64,000 bases of DNA from Lama glama (lineage: Eukaryota), in the NCBI GenBank assembly GCA_028534125.1, contig CM052816.1:10418001-10482000 (forward strand), given 5' to 3'. A program made the translations under genes and the position numbers. Every line of letters begins with the position of its first letter. Position 1 is the first letter of the stretch. Under the pieces are notes generated by a model. The model was not told where the DNA came from and searched no databases. It saw nothing but the letters and a program-made list of their open reading frames with translations. This document shows positions 1 through 11,842 of this stretch, one piece after another.

Positions 1-1039
1 TCAAAGCTTAAAGAACAATACAGAGGTCAGGGAGGTAACACTTTAACAGGTGGTATGTTCTACTTTTCACTCTTCTGTTCATTTATTCTTCAAATATTTA
101 TCTACTTTAATAAGTCACTGTGTTATGATATAGGAAATATAAAGATGGATGAGATATAGTTCCCTCCGGGATGCAGAGGATAAGAAAGGTTCATAAGGAA
201 CCATGCCAAAAGGGTTTGAAATGGTAAAGGAGCATGTTTATTACTAAATTCAGAGAAAAGGATATGAGGAAAATCTCAGAAAATGTAAAAGAAAAAGTGG
301 ACTTTTAACAGAAAAATTAAGTGTATAAGCATAGATTGTAAGTGCATAGTTTCTCCAAAATGTAATGAGATAAACTTTAAGTCACTACAGGGTGAACAGT
401 AATATAGTAAGATTGTTTATTCATGTAGTAGGATAAAGGAAATGAAAATAAACCCAGGGGCTATATTAAAATTCCTGCTAGAACAAGTTGAGATTTTTCT
501 AGCTCAGAAATTGAGCATCACTTTCTCATCTTTTCTGTCTTCTCCAATAATCCTAAATTGTTTCCCTCATTTAAGGCAATCTCTAAGATGGTATCACTTG
601 GTAGTCACCGAATCTGGATATGTTTAGATAATCACCTGGGGGAGCTTAGAACCACATGCACCCCAGCTGTTTCCTTAATCATTCCTTTGTCATCACTCCA
701 GCCTACCCCCTGGCCAACACGACCTTCTGTCATACACCTTTGGTCACCAGGACTGACCCTGGAACTCTAGACTAACAATATATAACACTTCCTGCCTGAT
801 GTTCCCATCTGTATGTCTAACAGTCATGATAAATATAAATATAATATGTCCTAAAGAGAACCTTTACTATATCCATTACATCACGCATATACCAAAACCC
901 TCTTATCTCAAAAGCCCCATGTGTGGTGCCAATATTCTACTGTAAAAGTGAAAATCTTGAGATAATTCTTATTTATTTTCTTTCTCTTAACTCGTAACAC
1001 CAGTCCCACAGCAACTCTTGATAACTTTAAAATATAATG

Positions 1040-1622
1040 ATTGAAAACAGTATGGTGGTTCCTCAAAAAAATTAAACATGAAATTAACACTTGATCCAGC
1101 AATTCCACCTCTGGGTATGTACCCAAAAGATGTGAAAGCAGGTATTTGTACACACGTGACACTACTATTTACAACAGCTCAGAGGTGGAAACCACTCAGG
1201 TAAACCATCGATGGATGAATGTGGTCTATACATACAATGGAATATTATTCAGCTTTAAAAAAGAATAAAATTCTAATACATTCTGCAACATGGATTAATC
1301 TTGAAGACATTATGCTAAATGAAATATGCCAGGCACAAAAGGGCACTTACTGCATGATTCTACTTATGAGGTTCTTAGAGTGGTCAAATTCACAGAGGCA
1401 GAAAATAGAATAGTGGTTACCAAGGGTTGGAAAGAGGGGAAGGATTGATGATTCATTGTTTAATGGATACAGAGTTTCAGTTTGGGATAATGAGAAAGTT
1501 CTGGAGATGGACAATGGTGTTGGTTGCACAACAGTGTAAATGTACTTAATGTACTTTGTCACTTAAAAATGGTTAAAATGATCAATTTTATGTGATGGAT
1601 TATTTTACTACAGTAAAAAAAA

Positions 1623-1623
<1 letters not shown>
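1040..1623 (+). mobile_element. L1 3' fragment (L1MB-like): ORF2 end plus 3' UTR
   Basis: Contains gatccagcaattccacctctgggtatgtacccaaaaga and atacaatggaatattattcagctttaaaa; ORF 1219..1413 reads MWSIHTMEYYSALKKN; A-rich end. Confidence 0.85.

Positions 1624-1625
<2 letters not shown>

Positions 1626-1721
<96 letters not shown>
1626..1721. repeat. (AC)n microsatellite, at least 48 units, running into a gap
   Basis: Seen directly. Confidence 0.99.
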
Positions 1722-1821
1722 NNNNNNNNNNNNNNNNNNNNNNNNNNNNNNNNNNNNNNNNNNNNNNNNNNNNNNNNNNNNNNNNNNNNNNNNNNNNNNN
1801 NNNNNNNNNNNNNNNNNNNNN
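1722..1821. other. Assembly gap (100 N)
   Basis: Run of N. Confidence 1.
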
Positions 1822-1824
1822 GGT

Positions 1825-2100
1825 TCTTTCCTGACCACTCCATCTGGAGCGGCATCCCTCTCCACCCTCATTTCGTCACCTCCATCTTATTTTCAGTACA
1901 GCACTGTCATTACCTGTTTTCTTCTGCATTTGTTCATGATTTGTCTCCCTCACTCCCACCCCCACTCCATGTAAGTTCTCAGAGGAAGGACTGTACTTTT
2001 CTGTACTGTTCAGTGCTGGAGATCCCAGGTTCATCCAAGTGCCCAGAACAAAGTCAGTCCTTAAATAAATAAAAAAATTGTCAGAAAAATGAATGAATCT
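1825..2100 (+). mobile_element. L2 3' end fragment
   Basis: catgtaagttctcagagga...gttcagtgctg...agtgcccagaacaaagtcagtccttaaataaata...aatgaatgaat is the typical L2 terminus. Confidence 0.6.
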
Positions 2101-2984
2101 GGCCCATTGGCTTCTTAAACTTCGGGAATAATAACCCAAGTATTTCTTTTTTTTTTCTCCCAAAGAAGAAAAAATAAAAACAAAAGAACAACCACTGTAA
2201 CACACCCTCCATCTGTGCCAGATGCTCTGTGGATGGTGGGCAGCTACAAAAACTGTCATTCTGGGGAGTGGTAAAGTGCTCCAGGAACATACACATTCTG
2301 TAGGAATCTTTCACTGCATCTTGATTTGATGAAACAGGAGAGGACAGGTCCTGCTGGATCAGCTGATGCCTACTGTGTAACTGCAAATAGCAGCGTGGAA
2401 ATACAATGCTCCCTGTGGCAGGGTCCAAGGCAGAACCGATATATCTGTTCTCACTTGAATGACTTTAACAAGACATTAGCAGAACTTAATAGGCTAATTA
2501 CATCCCTCCGTGTTCCTACCCTGGAATCAGGTTGCTCACCCTGTATTGTTGAGAAGAGGGGACAAGAAAATGAGTATATCCAAAACCAGCTCAACTCCTT
2601 CGAGGTCCCACAGCTTTCTGACACGTCCACAGTTTGGGTTTGGTTCTTTGCTACATAATGTTCTCCTAGATTGGGTCCTCTCCAAGTTCTGGAGAGGGGA
2701 AAAATATTATATGTATAATGTTTTATTTATATATATGTATTTATAGAATATTCCATAATATTGTATTTATTATCTGTATAATATATTAACTAGGGTATCA
2801 CACAAAGCTGTTGGTCACACAAACAGACCTGCATTAAGAAAAGAGTGGGACAGCAGTGTGCGAGCATGATGGGAAATTCTAAGTAAAAGTACAGGAGGCA
2901 GAAGTAAAAAGCTGCCAGGGCTGAGGAGCAGGTAACATCCTCCAACTTTTCTGCCAACTGGATGCTGCTACTTTTTCTTTGTTT

Positions 2985-3180
2985 TGTTTTAAACCTGAGC
3001 TGTAACTGACCTAGTTTCAGGTGTATATCACCATGATTCAGGATTGTGTATTGTAATGTGTGTGTATATTGTGATGTGATCACCAGAGTAACTCTCGTTA
3101 GTGTCCATCACTGCACGTAGTTACAGATTTTTTTTTTCTTGTGATGAGAACGTTTAAGATCTACTCTTAGCAACTTTCTG
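2985..3180 (-). mobile_element. L1 3' end (L1MA9-like)
   Basis: cttgtgatgagaacgtttaagatctactcttagcaactttc, with a T-rich left edge. Confidence 0.6.
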
Positions 3181-5159
3181 GCCACTTCTTTTTTGTTGTC
3201 ATTGTTCAACTCCTGCATTTCCCACAGTGTGTTCGAGGGAGTCTTAGTTACAGAAGCCATTACAAGGAAATGAAGTAAAGGGACCAAGGGCTTTTAGCTT
3301 GTGTGGATAAGGAAGACCTCCATGTTCGGGGGAAAAGACTGATCAGCAGTGCTTTCAAGGCCACACGAAGAGTTGGTTGAGGAGAGTCTGTAAAAATGCT
3401 TTCAAACTGCTGTCCTTCCCATGAGTCATGAGAATGGTTATAACTGCCATTTATTGTCCATGCTGTGGCAGGCACGTGACAGGCACTAGAGAGACAGCAT
3501 CTCTCTTATCACTCACAGCAGCTCTGTAACTTAGATATTACACCCATTTTTACAGAGGAAGAAGGGGGAGCTCAGAGGTGGTCCAAGATGACAAGTAACA
3601 GACAGAGCCGGGATTACAAGCAAAGACTGCAAGGTGCAATCTTAGTTTATATCTCTAATGCTCATATCTTACTTCCTGTAAGGAGAGAGTATGTCCTCAC
3701 ATACCCAGGGGCCTTGGGTATGGTTGAAATTGGTCTGCAGCAAGTTTAATTTTTTCATAGTTTCTATTGTATATTTGAAAATCATGTAGATCTTACGCCC
3801 TGCTCTATAATATATCCATGACTCTTTTCATAGAAAAGTAAAATTCCACCTTTCTTCCTGTGGATAAATCTGTTGTTCTAGGAAGGTGAATCCCCAGCAG
3901 ACACTCCAGTTTGAGAAGTATGCCTATATACCACCATCCTAGAAACTTGGGATTTTTAGCCATTTTGTAGTCTTTTGGAGGCAGAATGTTTAGATAAAAA
4001 GGCTTTCTGTCACATAGTTTAGTCCATGCTCATTCATTACCACTGTTTTCTTTAATTTGGATTCACCCAGCTGGAATCCTAGGTCACATTAATGCATTCT
4101 GCACCCAGGGAGGCAGGAACAGAGCATTCCAGACCCGAACCAAATCACTCAGAGACCAGCCTGAACTCGGGTCTCCTGGGCCTTCCACTCAACCCCCAGG
4201 AGGTTTTAAGTAAGGAGATGTACTAGTTAGAGGAGGGAAAAGAGTCCACAGAGTAAGAGGAACTAGAACAAAACCAGTTGTGATCTGTTGATGGTAACAG
4301 ATAAAGTCAGGAAAGGGTCTTGTTTGTTCTGTTTTGTTTTCACTGATGAAACTTAAGGAAAGGGGTGGTAGCCAGTTAGAGGTGGAAAGTAATTGGTTTG
4401 ATTTCATCCCAAGACCCCCAGACCTGAAGATATCCTCTCTAGCAGTAGGAATAATAAACTTGCCACTTGAAACAAATGAACAGTCTAAGGCACCAAGAGA
4501 ATAAAAAATAAATCTGAAAGAACTTCTGAATCTTTCCAGAACCAACTGTGAACCCATTAGCTTTTGGAAAGTGGGAGAATGTATTCAGGCACTGTGCCTG
4601 GCCCTGCCCCACAAAAAGTCACAAAATAAAACTAACTAGTGCATTCCCTAAGGTGGTTTGCTTTACTATCTTGTAAGTGGTAAAAACATAAAATAAAGTG
4701 GCAACACTGATTCTGTATCATGTGTCAGAAACCATGCTAAATGTTTTACAAGTATTATTTCATATAATTTTTCCCTTCTCACTGTCCCCCCCAAACCCCT
4801 TGGGAATATGTACTAGTACTACCAGATTTCCAAACAATGGAACTGAGCTCTAGAGAGACTGGGCAGCTTTCTAAGTCATGTAGCTCCTGAACAGTGGTCC
4901 CTGGCTTTTGAGCATGGGCTATGTGAATCCAGACCCTGGTTCTTAAGCCAGCAAGGGAGACATAGTGATGGGCTGCAGATAGATGAGTATGTGGTCATAA
5001 GGGTAAACAGAGGAAGGGGGCCAAACAGGGGAGACCAGATGTCACGGACCAGAACCCTGTAGGAAAACTCTTGGCAGATACTGCAGCCAAAGAGGGCTTG
5101 AGAAGGAATGTAAATGGCTCAGATGAGCAACACCGCAGTGTGGGATGGTTAGTTCAGGC

Positions 5160-6180
5160 TTGTGTTAATTAGTGTATTAGTTAGAGGTGACAGAAACCCT
5201 GACTTCCACTGGCTTAAGCGAAGAGTGTGAGAACACAAAGGGGAGCCCCAGACAGCTGTCAGCTGCTGCAAAGAGCCAGGCTTTGTTGAACATTGGCATT
5301 GGACAAGGTCACTCTGTGACTGTGATTGAAGGGAAAAACAGCCATGGATCATGGAACCATGTTTGAGCCCAAAAGCAAGAGCACTGTGCATACCTCAGAC
5401 CGACCATACATCCCCTACCCTGGCCACCAGGAGTGACTGCTGTGTCTCTGCTGGTGACAGCTTTGCCTACTCCATTCCTCCTGCCTCCTAGATAAAAAAC
5501 TACTAGGATGACCAGTCATAGAACTGCCCCTCTTTGTGATTGCACCTAAATATGAGGAAAATGATGCTTCCTCAAACCTTCTCCGAATCACCTATTACAG
5601 CCTCAATCCTATTCAAGCCATTCCTAATACTCTCTTCTGAGGTGCCCCACAGTTCCCCATGTATGCAGTCTTCCTTTTGGAACAAATGCCAACAAACCTA
5701 ACTTTGTTGAACAACAAGTGTGATCTTGATGGTCTTTGGCAGCTGGGTATTAGCAAATGTTATGTCTTTCTCATAAATAGTCTGAGGGAAGTCCAGGGTC
5801 CATGAATTAGCTCCACACTATCATCAGAGACCCAGCCTCATTCTGTCTTTCCACTCTGCCAACTTAGTAATTTGGCTTGTTGTCTCATGGTCTCAGAATG
5901 GTTGCTTCAGCTCCAGACTTCACATATGCCTTTAGGGCAAGAAGAAGCTGAGACGGGCAGCAACAAATGGGTTTATAGTCTTATTAGGAGATCAAAAGCT
6001 TTTCTGAAGGCCCGTACAGTAGAATCCCCTTTAGTTCTCATTGGCCATACTGGCTCATGCCCCACTTTAAAGAATGTGTGAAGAGGGAACATCATGACCA
6101 ATACAGGCCAGTCATCCCCTAACCTGGACTGAGCACACTGCTATCAAATTGAGGTTCTAATACCAAGGAAGAAGGCAAGG
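5160..6180 (-). mobile_element. Old MaLR LTR (MLT1J/K-like) interrupted by an ERV1 LTR
   Basis: gtgacagaaaccctgacttccactggcttaag before 5225 continues after 5756 (ttctgtctttccactctgcc, tcatggtctcagaatggttgcttcagctccag, cattggcc). Confidence 0.55.
5228..5755 (+). mobile_element. ERV1 solo LTR (MER89/MER90-like)
   Basis: ctgtcagctgctgcaaagagccagg, gacaaggtcactctgtgac, gagtgactgctg, gccccacagttccccatg and ggtctttggc...tagca resemble the recalled consensus. Confidence 0.6.
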
Positions 6181-6551
6181 CGAATTTCAGCATCTCCTAT
6201 GGTTAGGCAGTATGAGAACTCAGTAAAGGGTAGAGACGCTGACACCAACATAACTGAACTCCAGGCTGGTCTTTTTTGACCCTTACTAAATTTCCCTGTG
6301 CCCCATTTTCCTCATTTGTCAGGTGGGGATGATTGTAGTAATACTTACCTCCTAGAGTTGCTGTGAAGAGTATATATAGTAATACTTGTAAAGTACTTAG
6401 AATGGTGCCTGGTGTACCTAACCAGTCAATTAATGATAGCGCTTACTAGTAAGAGTTAGCTTTACATATGGTATAGTTTGCTGTATTTTATTTAAGTATT
6501 ATGGGCATATACAATATCCTCTACAAGTATATGTATGTACTTATGGGCAGT

Positions 6552-6870
6552 CAGAAGTGATATTCAAAATATTTGATAACCAGAACAGCACAGTCATCAG
6601 CTAATTAGAATAGACGCTGGTGGAGACACAGGAACAGGACCTTGAGAGACCTCTGTTGGGCCAGGGAGTTAGCACTTTAGCTCTGGATCGAGGGACTTAG
6701 TGGGTGGGTGGGAGAGTAGAGGACAGGAGGAGTGGGTAGGGGGACAGGAAAGGGATTGGGTAGCAGGAAGGCTCTGGCAGCAACCCTTCATCAACCGATA
6801 TGCTGAAACACAGGAAATTCTAGTATTTTTACAATGGGTATGGCTATACTAGTATATGGAGCTTGTGTAT
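6552..6870 (+). mobile_element. hAT-Tip100 DNA transposon relic (Arthur1-like)
   Basis: Begins gtgatattcaaaatatttgataaccag and ends agtatttttacaatgggtatggctatactagt. Confidence 0.45.
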
Positions 6871-7204
6871 GCTAAAATGTATTGTATCATGTAGTGTGTG
6901 AGTGTGTGTGTGCGCGTGCGTGCACATGTTTGTATAGAACAAAGTTGCTAATAGTCTCAACCACAAATGGTCCTATCTAACCCCAGGCGTTACTAGGTTT
7001 AGTTGAAAAGCAGTAGGTCCTAGATGTAAAGAGAGTGGGCTTTGGAGTCAGATGGCCCAGTTTTAAATCTCAGCAGAGAATTTACTAGTTCTGGGACATC
7101 AGACAAATTATAACCTTGTATAATGTACATTGTGGTTGCCTCTGAACATGCATTCTTTATTCTTTGATTATTTCAAATTTTATTTGGGTGTTTAACCTCT
7201 CTGC

Positions 7205-7241
7205 CACACACACACCCACACACACACACACACACACACAC
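7205..7241. repeat. Interrupted (CA)n microsatellite
   Basis: Seen directly. Confidence 0.95.
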
Positions 7242-7899
7242 CTCCACTGTAATCCCTTTGTTTTTGGAAAATCTATCCCACCCTTGACTTAAAGGGAGGG
7301 TTCTGTGACTCACGCCTAACCTACTAAGAGTTATGCCACTCCACTGTCCCAGTTATTGGTTTGAAGATGGGCTGATAATCCAATTTAATAGGAAGAAGAG
7401 TTATGCTATGGGCTGAGGAAGAAGCTTCCTTGCTCTCCAGGAGTATCGTGATATACTGGATTTAAAGGAGTTAGCATAGATTCGTGGGCTGAGGTGTTGA
7501 ATCAAGACAGCCTGCAGGTCTGGCATACATCTGGACTTTCAAGTGTCATAAAATAATAAATGCCCTTTATTTTGTCATCACATGTGAGTTAGGTTTTCTG
7601 TTGAGGCCCCCTCTGACTTAGTCCAGTGACTCGACCCCCTGAATCTATAAATTGAGGACCATAAAAGTAACACCTTTTTAGAGCTGTTGTGAAGATTTAG
7701 TAAGATGGTGCTTATAAAAACTTTAGTATCTGGCACATAATATTTGTTCAACTAACTTTCAGAAAATACTGAACTAATCGTTAGGAAGTGTCCAGTGCAG
7801 GAAGGGCTAGTTGGTAAGAAACTGATGTTAAACTGAGAAGAGTAAATGATGAACAGTTGTTTTCAACTACCACTGAACCTTTGCGAGGTAGTAACGATG

Positions 7900-8112
7900 A
7901 TAGATTTCATTTAATGGAATGTGTGAGAAACCAGGATTAGCGCTTTACATACTTTATTCCATATTATCCTCAAAAACCCGATGAAGTAGGTACAGTGATT
8001 ATCCCTGTTTCACAGATGAGATCACTGAGGCACAGAGAGCTAAGGTAGCTATCCCACTGTCACCCATTATCATGAGAAGAGTCCGGTCTCCAATTCTTGT
8101 TTACCTGACACC
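7900..8112 (-). mobile_element. MIR. Representative copy; similar cores lie near 3.5, 4.8, 6.3, 7.7, 14.0, 16.4, 17.2, 17.7, 22.8, 23.1, 37.6, 38.2, 47.0, 51.3, 53.0 and 62.6 kb
   Basis: atgaagtaggtacagtgattatccctgtttcacagatgagatcactgaggcacagagag is the MIR core. Confidence 0.8.
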
Positions 8113-9936
8113 AGAGTGATATTCAAAATATTTAACAGGGCACAAACACTGATTAATCAGAACAGGGCACTGACCAGTAAGAACCCTGGAGGCTACTGAT
8201 AAATTACCAGTCAGACTACCAGTGGGTGATGACTAACAGAAGCCCCGTCTGACCTGAGGTCTTGCTTAGTCCAGCACCCATCAGTGGGCAGCAGTGGAAC
8301 CACAAAGCTAATCAGGAGTCAGCAGAAGGAAGAACTTTCTAATAATTCGGCATGTCTGAAAATGAAATCGTCTACCTTGCATGGTAGTGAGTGTCCCATC
8401 CCTGAACTATTTAAAAGCTAGGAAGACATTTCCTTATTGGGGAGGTTGTGGAAGAAATTCTGCCTTTGGGTGGAGGTAGGACTTTACCGCTGAGTGAACC
8501 TTCACTCCAAACATCCCATGGTCTTATAACAGCCCGTAGTTGTTCTGCAACTGTCAGGAAGACAACAGTATGGCTGCTTTTTCTTAGCCATCTCTGATTT
8601 CCGAAGCACTATAATAGGAGCTTTTCGTATTTTTCCTGCTTGATTATATAGGACACTATTAAATTGATTTTAACGTTAAAGAAAGAAATCTCAGAGTCTA
8701 ATTTGCCTAAAGTCCTGCAGCTAGCAAGTGGACAAAGCCCCACACTGAGCCCTGAGCTGACTAGTCCAAAGCCCCGCATCCTCTCTACTGTGTGGCACTC
8801 TGCTTTCTAACGAGAATATTGTTTTTTTCTGAATGGTTGTATTAGATGATAAGTATGTATACATATAAATAATACTATGTTCAATGACTAAACTTGAAAG
8901 AATGACCCTTCAGCTTTGTACTAAGATGTATGTTAGGCAAAGCAAAACTGAATTTGGACCAAGTCACCAGTTGCATATTAATGAAACTCTTTACCATATA
9001 GAAATTATTAAAAGCTCAGCACAGACTAGTTAAATGTTAATCTGCAGATGAGCAGCTCTTTGCCTTTTTCACCTGGCTTTTCACAAATGGGTGCCCTTGT
9101 GTGAGCAGCACAATTTCAAAGCCCCTTTCGAGACTGCCTGACGCACAATACAGAGAAGGCAGAGTCTCCTGTTTTCACAATGTGTAATTCATGCTCATTC
9201 ATTATTCTGTAGCTTGGGAGCAGGTGCTGAATAGAACACATCAACCTAATACCCTCATTACTACGCTGCCGTTTTGTTTTGGAGGCTCAAGTGGCCCTTC
9301 TGCTGTGGGAGTTGGAGAATATTTGCAAGGGCTTGTGATTTACTGAAGGGAAGATTTACCAAAACAAAAGGAAAGGGCGTTTTGTATCCACGCCACAGAA
9401 AATGGCAGCCTGAAGCCAAAATCTATTACCCCACTGCAATAAACAGAAAATATTATCAATACACTGAAAGGAACAAAGCCAGCAGCACGTGGAGCAGGGA
9501 CAATGTAAGTAATCAGATAATCAGTCTACAATTATCTTTGGACTTTTAAGTTTCTCATAATGGACATGCTGCTTTGATAAATTGGAAAAGGTTTAACTTC
9601 TGTTAGAGATATTCAAGGGCAAAACAAAACACTTCGGACCAATGACACGTTATTAAAAAGCCACAGCTATCTGAACTGTCTCACCAAATCTGAAATATGA
9701 AAGTAAGCAGAGACACTCTGGGCAATGGAGAATAGGTTACCATATACTAAGGCTAACAGATTTGACTTTTTCAGCATAATTTAATAAAGAATTCTAACAA
9801 GTTTGTTATCTGGTCTCCCATCCCATAATGTGTTTGAAGCAGTGTGTCAGGAGTGAAGGCAGAGCTGCTCTGAGGAGCACGTGTTAGAGATGCAAAGAAT
9901 GAAATTTTAGCACTGAAGAAAATTGTAAAAGCACAC

Positions 9937-10596
9937 TGTATTAGTTTGCTAGGGCTGCTACAACAAAGTACCACAAACCAAGTGACTTAAAAAAAAACAA
10001 CAACAGAAATCGGTGGGGGAGAGTAGAGCTCAGTGGTAGAGCACATGCTTATCATGCATGAGGTCCTAGGTTCAATCCCCAGTATTTCCACTAAAAATAA
10101 ATGACTAGATAAACCTAATTACCTCCCCCTGATAAATAAGTAATTTAAAAGTAATTAATAATTAAAAGCCAGAAATGTATTGTTTCACGTTTCTGGAGGC
10201 TATAGGTCCAAAATCAAGGTGTTATCAGAGCCTTGCTCCTTTAGAAACCTGTAGGTGAGGCTCCTTCTTCTCTTCTGCCTTGCTAGTGTTGGTTTCCTGG
10301 CAATATTCAGCGTTCCTTGGCTTATAGACACATCACTGCAGTCCTCCGTCTTCACACGGAGTTATCTCTGTGTCTCTTCACATCATCATCCTACTGTGAA
10401 TGTCTTTCTCTGTGTCCACATGTCCTCTCTTGGTAAGAACGTCAGCTACATTGGATTAGGACCCACTCTGATTAACTCATTTTTACTTGAGTACCTCTGT
10501 AAAGTCCCCGTTTCCTAATAAGGTCACGTTCTGAGATACTGGCGATTAGAACTTCAACATAATTTTTGAAGGGGACATAAAATTGAACCCATAACA
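9937..10596 (-). mobile_element. MaLR solo LTR (MLT1B/C-like), full length, interrupted by a SINE
   Basis: TG...CA ends (tgtattagtttgctagggctgc ... aattgaacccataaca); 5-bp TSD cacac/catac. Confidence 0.85.
10015..10167 (+). mobile_element. tRNA-Ala-derived SINE (camelid vic-1-like)
   Basis: gggggagagtagagctcagtggtagagcacatgcttatcatgcatgaggtcctaggttcaatccccag carries A and B boxes and an AT-rich tail; cagaaat is repeated on both flanks. Confidence 0.85.
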
Positions 10597-11597
10597 CATA
10601 CCAACTAAAAATATATATCTAAACTAATGTTTGTTGCTCTTGGGTAAACAGCACTGAATAGCTCATCTGAACTTGAAGAAGTCTATTATTTTCAGAAGAA
10701 TGAAACTCAGACTACCTATATTAAGAGGAAGATCTTTGAATCCTACTTTTGCATCTGGCCTTTATACTCAACTGTGTGGTACTGGGCAAGTTAGTTAAGC
10801 CTGTCATAGTATCACAGACTGTCAGGTTAGGCAGCGTGTGGGTAACGTTTACTAGCACAGTGCCTAGTTCTTGGCATATGTATAAGAATTGATACCTAGT
10901 CTTAAGTCATTAAGAAAATGAGATAGGTATGTACCCGTGGTATAAACTACCCGGTGAACAGAGAGGAATGAAACACCTTCAGCAGCTAGAAAAGCATCTT
11001 TCCAGATGGCTCATGCCCACAGCTTCAGAACGCAGGGCTGTCACTGTGTTGGCAAGTTCATTCATCAGAAGCTCCTCTGTCATGCAATGATCATTGACTA
11101 AAATGATTAGCTGCAGAAAGATCTTACTTTTTTCCTATGAATTATCATCCCAGGAAAATAAGATGGGACTTCCAAGGTGCTGCAGTGTGTATGAATCAGA
11201 CGAAAAGGTGACATCTTAGCCTCGGAGGTCCCTGCCTGTAACAAACTGAAGACTTTGGTTGAAACGAAGAATTCTGGTTCACAACTGAGTTGCAAAAAGG
11301 CCTTGATTAGTAAATGTGTTAAAGGCTGTTTATCCCTCCTCACTGCCACATGCCCTTTAGACAGTTCATTTCAGTCATACAGCCTTCCTGGGGAGAAGTG
11401 GGTGTGTGGTCAAGAGCAGAGAAAGACGTTATACTTTGAAGAACATCATCCTAGCAGTGCTGACAGGAATCACCCTAGACTGTCAGGTATGAAAGAGCCA
11501 TCCCTGTGCACTTGGTTAACCCTCCTCACCTCTTCCTTGACAGGGACGTTCAGGTCCCTATGTTTAAGGTCATAGAGGAAATTGATGAATGAAGCTG

Positions 11598-11842
11598 TCG
11601 TGAGTCTTACAGCCACAAGTCAATGAATTCTGCCAACATCCTGACTCAGCTTGGAAGTGGACCCCTGCCCAGTCCAGCCACCAGAACCCAAGTTATGGCC
11701 AGCACCTTGATTACAGCCTTTCTGAGAACCCAGCTAAGATGTGCTCAGACTCCTGACCTAAAGAAACTGTGAGGTAATCAACAGGTGTTATTTTAAATCA
11801 TTCCATCTCTGGTGATTTGTTACGTGGCATAAAAATTAATAT
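11598..11842 (+). mobile_element. MaLR LTR 3' part (MLT1E/F-like)
   Basis: atgaattctgccaac...agcttggaagtgga...accttgattacagcctt...agactcctgacctaaagaaactgtgag. Confidence 0.7.

Noticed and set aside
1559..1871. Poly-CV and poly-HT ORFs
   Set aside because: Artefacts of the (AC)n tract and the N gap.
10015..10090. tRNA-Ala genes here and at ~28037-28107, ~46720 and ~57379
   Set aside because: Broken stems, a shared non-tRNA 3' tail and TSDs identify these as SINEs.
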